Part shown: positions 14,601 to 64,000 of the stretch, piece after piece
Layout: each line of letters starts with the position of its first letter
Numbering within the stretch: the first letter of the stretch is position 1
The notes under the pieces: model-generated
What the model saw: the letters and a program-made list of their open reading frames with translations, nothing else
Databases searched by the model: none
Told to the model about the DNA's origin: nothing
Translations under genes and position numbers: made by a program
Source: Lytechinus pictus
Taxonomy: Eukaryota
NCBI RefSeq assembly: GCF_037042905.1
Contig: NC_087245.1
Coordinates: 31,000,001 to 31,064,000 of the forward strand
Direction: 5' to 3'
DNA: 64,000 nt

Positions 14601-15976
14601 TTATTCAACGCATGTATGCTAAAAATCACAATTTTGCATTGTTATTTGTACCAGACACTCAGACTCAAGATGTAACAGTAACCATACAACGGTTTTAATA
14701 TGAACACAATTTAATTTTTTTAAACCAGGGCACTGTTCGGTAAACAAAAAACTTCGAGTGAGCAAGTGAGCAAATAATGATTTATTCCATTGTATATTTA
14801 GAATGTAAAAGGTCAGGCTGATGAAATTAAACATTTTATGTTTTCAGATTTAAAGCAATGTTGTTACAAAAAATCTTTTGGGGCAGTGTGGCATAATAGT
14901 TATGGCATTCCCAGTGTGAATTTCATTATCAAAATTATTATTAGGACTTAATTTTTGTACCTTCATAATCCATATCGTCAAGTATCAGTTACCATTTTCT
15001 TACAGCCAAATTAAATACGTCGAAATTGTGTCTTGATTCCAAGCATTGCTTTAATTTATTAATTTTTTTTGGGGGGGTAAGGGTGTGTATTTTGTAAAGA
15101 CGCCTGTTACATACCGGTAACCACCACATTGAACGGCCTGCAAGGAAGTAACCGCTGGCATTGCCCCTGTTAGTTCTGTACATAGACTGGGTGAAGAAAG
15201 AGAGTTGTTTTTTATATCATTTTTACAATAATATTAGAGTTACCCCAAAACGGTGATTCTATATACAAAACGGTGAACACCTGAAAACCACTCAAGGTCC
15301 CACGAGCACTATCTCTCTCATTCTCTCCATCCCTCTTCAGCTTTCTCTCTTTACAAAACAAAACTGGTGATGATTGGTGTCGATAAACTTGAAGGACCGA
15401 ACCAGTCATTTTACTCTGGTGTTAGATTGTTCGCGTTTGTTCAACGCCTATGGTGTTGAAGTAAACTAAATATGGTAAGTTAACTGTTGAACAGTTAACT
15501 TACCATATTTAGTTCACTTTTATACTCTTTGGTGTTATGTTTAATATATATGGTGTAAGTTTAACACCACACGGTGTGGTTCTCTAGGACACTAACGGTG
15601 TCAAGGTTAACACACCAATGTTTACAATGTATCTCCCTTTATTCTCCATCCAATTCTCTCTTTCTTGGTCTTTCACTCGTCTTAGAAACATACATGTTAT
15701 CAAGAATTAGATAAACTACGATTTGCATGAAACTGAAATAAAAAACTGATGCTGATTGCATGAAAAAGTACCCCCCCCCCCAGCTTTGATTTCCAATATA
15801 ATTATTTTTGGTTAAATCAGCCCAAAAGGGCCAAAGATAATTCAAGCGAAGAAGGTTGATAATATACTTACCCATAAACCGACAATGATGACGAAGACGA
15901 AATAGATGACGATGATGACAACGTCTGTCACACCGATTTTACCTTCATAATCTTGGTTTCCGTCTGTCCCTGCCAT
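1..15976 (-). CDS. SLC5 family sodium/glucose (SGLT-like) cotransporter gene; 14 coding exons in window, 3' end beyond position 1
   Basis: Spliced ORF with motifs [61 protein letters not shown] and QLFQYIQS. All introns are GT-AG and phases join. The paralog cannot be resolved by eye. Confidence 0.96.
541..735. mobile_element. Palindromic MITE-like foldback element
   Basis: Long imperfect inverted arms aaacaaatcagt...atcgggtcagctgggtgcaa / ttgcacccagctgacccgat...actgatttgttt. Confidence 0.65.
1352..1609. mobile_element. MITE, family A copy 1
   Basis: TIRs cactgtacaaaaaaaattgggtaaaa / ttttacccaatattttttttgagtg; close copy at 6839-7090. Confidence 0.8.
1689..1904 (-). CDS. SLC5 exon 13 ([17 protein letters not shown]...SKPTLNQ)
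   Basis: 216 nt, GAFWG motif, canonical sites. Confidence 0.94.
2103..2805. mobile_element. Non-autonomous hAT-like DNA transposon with internal (TG)n(TA)n microsatellite
   Basis: TIR cagaggcgtcgatc / gatcgacgcctttg; near-8-bp TSD tccgatac / ttcgatac; internal gctcgcgcttcgcgctcgcat twice. Confidence 0.75.
3205..3373 (-). CDS. SLC5 exon 12 ([18 protein letters not shown]...QLFQYIQS...RTNEK)
   Basis: 169 nt, phase 2 to 0. Confidence 0.95.
4060..4210 (-). CDS. SLC5 exon 11 ([34 protein letters not shown]...MIVGR)
   Basis: 151 nt, Na-site motif. Confidence 0.96.
4245..4919. mobile_element. Harbinger/Tourist-like MITE (family B) interrupted by a nested element
   Basis: TIRs gggccccg..acaaagagttgcgattgatccgatc / gatcggatcaatcgtaactctttgtaagaaggggccc; other copies at 7652-8065 and 39521-39783. 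Confidence 0.8.
4324..4717. mobile_element. TTAA-targeting (Kolobok/piggyBac-like) non-autonomous element nested in the family B MITE
   Basis: TTAA on both sides; TIR AGAGAAATGCCAGT vs ACTGGAATTTATCT (12/14 match). Confidence 0.75.
5095..5202 (-). CDS. SLC5 exon 10 ([36 protein letters not shown])
   Basis: 108 nt, Cys-rich loop, CSNIAYP motif. Confidence 0.95.
5363..5498 (-). CDS. SLC5 exon 9 ([45 protein letters not shown])
   Basis: 136 nt, canonical sites. Confidence 0.95.
6137..6348 (-). CDS. SLC5 exon 8 ([10 protein letters not shown]...[22 protein letters not shown])
   Basis: 212 nt, phase 1 to 0, WYWCTDQ motif. Confidence 0.93.
6839..7090. mobile_element. MITE, family A copy 2
   Basis: Colinear with 1352-1609. 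Confidence 0.8.
7319..7399 (-). CDS. SLC5 exon 7 ([27 protein letters not shown])
   Basis: 81 nt, cag/gtaagc. Confidence 0.95.
7652..8065. mobile_element. Family B MITE with a nested 150-bp MITE (7761-7910)
   Basis: Same termini as 4245-4919; inner element ctgggctccgtttcataaag...ttttatgaaacggacccag. Confidence 0.75.
8361..12030 (+). mobile_element. 5'-truncated, defective CR1/L2-clade LINE (ORF1 C-terminus + APE-RT ORF2), antisense in SLC5 intron 6
   Basis: ORF1 remnant MEDL...AWTTDGKV (8361-8559). ORF2 from 8811 has APE motifs SETW, GGGV, YRPP, GDYN and SDH, and RT motifs [22 protein letters not shown] and LFADD. Stop at ~8976, frameshifts at ~10655, ~10988 and ~11070. AATAAA plus (AATC)n tail at 12000-12030. 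Confidence 0.93.
12265..12370 (-). CDS. SLC5 exon 6 ([35 protein letters not shown])
   Basis: 106 nt, cag/gtaatg. Confidence 0.95.
12900..13004 (-). CDS. SLC5 exon 5 ([35 protein letters not shown])
   Basis: 105 nt, cag/gtgagt. Confidence 0.95.
13844..13903 (-). CDS. SLC5 exon 4 ([20 protein letters not shown])
   Basis: 60 nt, tag/gtaagc. Confidence 0.92.
14387..14491 (-). CDS. SLC5 exon 3 ([35 protein letters not shown])
   Basis: 105 nt, canonical sites. Confidence 0.95.
15115..15186 (-). CDS. SLC5 exon 2 ([24 protein letters not shown])
   Basis: 72 nt, cag/gtatgt boundaries. Confidence 0.95.
15464..15514. repeat. Perfect 25-bp-arm palindrome (1-nt spacer) inside a MITE-like element in SLC5 intron 1
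   Basis: aactaaatatggtaagttaactgtt-g-aacagttaacttaccatatttagtt. Confidence 0.9.
15872..15976 (-). CDS. SLC5 exon 1 ([35 protein letters not shown])
   Basis: ATG at 15976, first TM helix, donor TGG|gtaagt. Confidence 0.9.
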
Positions 15977-16162
15977 GTTTCATGACACTACCTGGATTAG
16001 TTTTCCTTTTTGATAATCGCGAATAACTTCACTATAGGTGAAAGAGATACCAAAGTCCATGCTAAATATAGTAGCAAAGCAATGATAGTTTATCACAGGC
16101 ATGCAGCCACCACCCTCCGTATATTCTGTTCTTCTTATTATAATTATTATCGTTATTTTGTT

Positions 16163-16359
16163 NNNNNNNNNNNNNNNNNNNNNNNNNNNNNNNNNNNNNN
16201 NNNNNNNNNNNNNNNNNNNNNNNNNNNNNNNNNNNNNNNNNNNNNNNNNNNNNNNNNNNNNNNNNNNNNNNNNNNNNNNNNNNNNNNNNNNNNNNNNNNN
16301 NNNNNNNNNNNNNNNNNNNNNNNNNNNNNNNNNNNNNNNNNNNNNNNNNNNNNNNNNNN
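16163..16359. other. Assembly gap (N run)
   Basis: 197 N. Confidence 1.
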
Positions 16360-16756
16360 GTGGTGCTGCGGAACAGTTTCGGAAGGGGGGGGGGGGGTGA
16401 CTATGCAAAAACAAAATCAGATGGTAAAACGTTTTCTATCATGTTTATTAAATAAAATGGGGTTAGAAGCCCCATCCTCCCCCACCCCTCCCCATCTGCG
16501 ACAGCTATTATCATCACCATTACCATTCTCACTACATGTAATATATTTGTCGTTGTAATTATCATTACTATTATTTCCACCAATTAACGCATCGTCACAC
16601 CATCACCACCATCACCATAATTACGACCACGTAGCCTACTCCTTCTTCATCACCACACCCGTCACAACTACCAGGCGTCACAATCACAACACCTACCACA
16701 ACTCCATCTCCACGATCACCACTACTACCAGGTTTTTGTCATCGCCATTGTGACCA

Positions 16757-16935
16757 GACAAGGTGGCTCAGTGGTAGAGCGCCTGCCTCGTGATGAACAG
16801 GAAGACATGGGTTCGATCCTGAGGCGGGATTTCAGGCGCTCGACGCATTAGGTGTGGAGAAGGGTAATAATAACATGATCATTTACCGGGCCCACTCGGA
16901 GAACAGTTCATAGGAGCTGCAATGTCTACCCTGAG
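16757..16935 (+). mobile_element. tRNA-derived SINE
   Basis: A-box TGGCTCAGTGG and B-box GGTTCGATCC. Its 3' part (gggccc..gagaacagtt..ccctg) resembles the tail fragments at 25434 and 50732. Confidence 0.65.
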
Positions 16936-18780
16936 AGGTATTACTACCACACCTGTCACATTTTCATCATTACCACCATCACTATGCTTACAATACCTTT
17001 ATCACCACCATCATCACCACACCTACCATATCTTCGTCACCAGCATCATCACAGTCACCACACTTTCATAACCTCCACCATCACCACACCTTCATCACTA
17101 ACACCATCACTATGTTTACAACACCTTTATCACCATTATCACCACACCTACCACACCTTAATCACCACCACCATCACCACACCTTTATCATCACATTTAC
17201 CAAACCATCATCAAGACACCTACCACACATTCATCCCCACCACCATCACACCTTCATCACCACCACCATCACCACACCTACCACACCTTCATCACCACCA
17301 TCACCACACCTAACACACCTTCATCACCACACCTAACACACCTTCATCACCAGCAACACCACATCTAACACACCTTCATCACCACCATCACCACACTCAA
17401 CCCAACTTCATCACCACACTAACCACACCTTCATCACCACCGTCACCACACCTAACACACCTTCATCACCACCACTATCACCATACCTACCACACCTTCA
17501 TCATAGTCACCCTTCATCACCACACCTAACACATCATCACCACCATTCATACCGAATACACCTTCATCACCAACATTATCACTATATCTACCACACCTTC
17601 ATCACCACCATTATCACCACACCTTCATCACCACCACTATCACTACACCTACCCATCTTCATCATTACCACCATCACCATACCTTCATCATCATCACACC
17701 TTCATCATCATCACCACACCTACCCATCTTCATCATGAGCACCATCACACCTACCACACTTCCATCACCACACCTTCATCACTGCCCCAGCACCACTATC
17801 ACCACACTTGACCATCTTCATTCTTACCACCATCAATACACTTAACACACCCTTACTACTACTACTACCATCATACCTACCACATCATATCAACACCATC
17901 TCACCTCCACATTCGTCATCATCACCATCAATTCTCCTACGGGAACTTTATCACTGTCATCACCACACCTACCGCACCTTTATCATCACCACCACCACAA
18001 TCCTACCTACAACACCTGCATCATCAACACCATCAACGCATATACCACCTATCCATCTCTACCATCACCACACCCAACATACCTGTATCACCACCGCTAC
18101 CTTGATCAGGCCTACACCTTCATCCTCCCCATCCCATCTTCTCCACCACTACCATCATCACACAGAAAACACTGTCATCACCACCACCACAATACCTACC
18201 ACACCTTCATCATTACCATTCCATCATGCTTAGCATAACTTCATCATCCCCATCACACATTCACCTTCAACATCACCACCAACTCCAAAACTACACCTCC
18301 ATACCACCATCCCCACACTTCCATCTCATCTACAATCACATCTTTATCACCACCATCAGACATACACCTTCATCATCCCCATCACCACACCTTTATCACC
18401 ACCGCCACCATACCTATCACACCTCAATCATCACCACAATCGCCACACCTACCACATGGATGCCTGACATGTATTGTGGTGATGATGGTGTGGTACACCA
18501 CTACAATTTTATCATTACCTTCATCTACACCACCATCAGACACCTTCAAAACACCTTCACCATCCCCATTACAGCTTCACCTTCACCAATTCCACACCTA
18601 CTGCACCTTCATCCGTCAACACCTCACCTACAGCACATTTACCGCTACCTCGATCTCCACGCCTATGACACCTTTATTACTGTAATCGCACCTAGATTAC
18701 CTTTATCACGATGACCAACACATCTACATACCACACATCCATCTTCACAATCGCACCATAATCACCACCACCACGACCAT

Positions 18781-18943
18781 CAGGGGAGCGTTTCATGAAA
18801 GGACTTGTCGGACATTTTATCCGACAAGTACTGTTTTATCCGACAGCTACTATGGTAACAGTGACTCTCAGCCAATCATTATCAAGGAAAGATGTCAGAT
18901 CTGACAACTTGTCGGACGAAAATGTTGATGAAACGCCCCCCAG
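18781..18943. mobile_element. Harbinger-like MITE (family C); related copies at ~24489-24657 and ~60944-61092
   Basis: CAG flanks both ends; TIR gggagcgtttcat / atgaaacgccccc. Confidence 0.75.
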
Positions 18944-19582
18944 ACCTACTATACCTTCATCACCATCTCCGCACCAAAGAAAAATTTATCATCATAACTT
19001 TCAACCCGGTTACAACACCTTCATCATCCCCTTCAATCACATCTTCAGGATCACTTTTATCACCACACCTAACACACTGTCATCACCACCATCACAACAC
19101 CTACCACTCCTCATCATCAGAACATCAACCACCATACCTACGGGTTTCAAAATGATCACTGCACCACCATGTTAACCACTTTCATCTCTATCACCATTGC
19201 ACCATCACATGTAACCACCATAACCACAACCAGAATTGTCCATCCTTCTTCATCGTCAACACCATCATAATCACTCTCACCGAAAATTTGATGAACTGGT
19301 GCCCTTTGGTATGGCATTTATCCTGATCATTAGGTCCTACAAAGAGGACCTGAAGCTGTAGGTCCTCTGGTAGCATTTTAAGTGATCAGGTAAAAAATCA
19401 CCACCATCACCATTACAACACATACTATCAGCATCTTCACCGCCATTAGATCACCCCTCCATCACGATTACCACACATACCACCATCCCAAAATACATCA
19501 ACAATCTGTCAGACAACTTCAACACATGAAATAACCGAAGAAAACAAGTAAGATCAATTCTCTGTTGTATTCTGCGTACAGA

Positions 19583-19588
19583 TTTATT
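19583..19588 (-). terminator. Probable polyadenylation signal of the twitchin/titin-like gene (3' UTR ~19560-21002)
   Basis: AATAAA on the minus strand at the end of an AT-rich unique tract, just before the minisatellite. Confidence 0.5.
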
Positions 19589-21002
19589 TAGATGGCTGCC
19601 CCTCTAAGTTTAACATGGCACTGCAATTAGTATTTTTAATTGTTACTCTTTTTTTTTTCTTTGAAATATCAGTGGGAACATGGCAAAATTAAGGCAAGCA
19701 AGACGCACAAAATAAAGAGAGAAATGTTTAAATAACAAACAGAAAATGTATGAAAATTAATCATCATCATCATCATCACAATTGCACTCATATTTTTTTT
19801 TCATAGATCACAGTACTTTGTCGAGTTGCAAATTTTGCATACTCATAATAAATATAATATTCTATACATTATAAAAGGGCGTTACAGATTCTCCAAAGTG
19901 ATGAAGTGGTGCTGAGGATACTTACAAAAGTAAATTTCAAGGCATTTTTCCACTCTGTGAGAATGATAGGTTTACTTCCTAAAGGCAATATGCTATCATC
20001 TCACATACACTTGGCATCTGAGCAGTGACATCTCCAACATGAAAAGCAATTTGCATCGTTTTCATCACAAATTAAGGTGTGTTAAAAAAATGATAATTTG
20101 TGAATTTTAGGCACAAAATTGGATTCCATGTCGCACTGACAATCTTCACGCCACTATACTGTATAATCTACACAATCCACTTGTCCCTCCAACTTTTCAG
20201 TGGATTGACTCTCTATCATCGTCTCAAAACGACGTATATGTATAAAAATCAAGTTATTCTCCTTTTAAACTCACATTCCTCGTAATGCATGCAATGATTC
20301 CTATTTACAGCTTGCCTCTTATAAATCTTTGAATACAAAAGAAATCACAGATATGAAAAGAAAAGACTGTGAGGAAGACTAGAGGGCAGTTCAGCTAAAC
20401 TAAATGACCTCTGACCTGTGTGAGTGTGAAATACGTTTGCCATGTCCCAGGGGCAGTTTTGTCTTCAAAATCGAGATGACCAGTTTTTCGAAATCATAGT
20501 TTGAATAAATACACAGTAATACCAAATATATTCCACACTTATAAAAGTCATCACAGAATTAAGCTTTATATGCATAGATATAAATAATACTCTTTTATCA
20601 AAGACAAATTAATTGCTATAAGCTTCTAATGCTCTTTTGCAATATCTAGACAGAAAATATCTATAACATTATTATAAGAATAAAGATTCAAGAACTGAAT
20701 TAATCAATAAATCAATTCATTCAAGAGAAAAGGTAAACTAATACAAGACAGACAGAACACAGAACAAACTGGTCATCTCTGCCTATTCAGCTATACAGCT
20801 ATATCTAAATTCTCGTGAAGTGTGCGGATTCCAAGTCATGTTTTCTCTACGTTTTATCTTCATTTCTTCTCTGGAGTTGTCACGGGCGTCCATCATATCT
20901 TTTTTTTTTTGCTTGTTTCCATTCCAAAAACATTCAAATTCTTGGTTCTTTAAGAGTTTTTCTTGGTTTTGTTTCTTGATTTGTTTAACCTTTGTTCAAG
21001 AT

Positions 21003-63613
<42,611 letters not shown>

Positions 63614-64000
63614 CTGGCGGGGAACAGAAGGAAAGAGAGAGTGGTTACATGCTGTAAGTAAAGGATCAGATATTTGCTCCTCAGACAATTGCTTCTGTCT
63701 CATTTTCCCAGAAGATGTAATACTGGTGTCTGATTTGATTTGATTTTGCTTTATATTATAAATGTCAACATTACAGATCATGGTTACATTTAATAGTATA
63801 ATCATTCAGAAAATATACATGTGTATCAAAGTTAAAATCCATTTTGTTCAAGACCTTGTTCTACCGTCACAAGATAGATCCGATAAAGAACCAACACCTA
63901 TGGCTCGCTGATGAGCCATACTAGATGATGGATGACCTTACATTTGACGTTAGTCCAGAAAATAAGAAATGGTAAAATGCCTTGGTGAAACCATACTTGG

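Larger units (their letters stand above)
16590..19500. repeat. Degenerate CAC/CAT-rich minisatellite / low-complexity tract (core ACCACACCTTCATCACCACCATC)
   Basis: Recurrent accacaccttcatcacc units; G almost absent on the + strand. Confidence 0.9.

Noticed and set aside
15980-16558. ORFs spanning X runs
   Set aside because: They cross the assembly gap
16984-19175. His/Thr/Pro-rich ORFs in the ORF track
   Set aside because: Artefacts of the CAC/CAT minisatellite: open in several frames, with no splice structure

Overview
AT-rich eukaryotic (metazoan) genomic DNA. The repeat families look like an invertebrate deuterostome such as a sea urchin; this is inference only. There are two spliced genes, both on the minus strand, and I reconstructed them exon by exon from GT-AG sites and phase continuity. 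(1) 15976 to <1: an SLC5/SGLT-type Na+/sugar cotransporter, 14 exons visible, 3' end outside the window. It carries a defective CR1/L2-type LINE antisense in intron 6. (2) >63613 to 21003: the 3' part of a giant twitchin/titin-family muscle gene, with domain order Fn3-Ig-Ig-Fn3-Fn3-Ig-Ig-Fn3-linker-kinase-regulatory tail-Ig-Ig-unique region-Ig. Its kinase is a predicted pseudokinase: the catalytic loop HLDxKPEN has become HLALRPQS while DFG and the ATP-binding Lys are kept. The C-terminal unique region contains an exon encoding a PEP-19/PCP4-like acidic-IQ calmodulin-binding motif. The post-kinase introns hold candidate 3-nt and 6-nt microexons, zero-length AG|GT sites and alternative terminal exons. 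Between the genes are an assembly gap and a ~2.9-kb CAC/CAT-rich minisatellite. Introns are packed with MITEs (some nested), tRNA-derived SINEs, a truncated L1/Tx1 insertion, a Helentron-like element with a DR1-motif tandem array and degenerate hammerhead-ribozyme remnants. No CRISPR, rRNA or genuine tRNA genes were seen.
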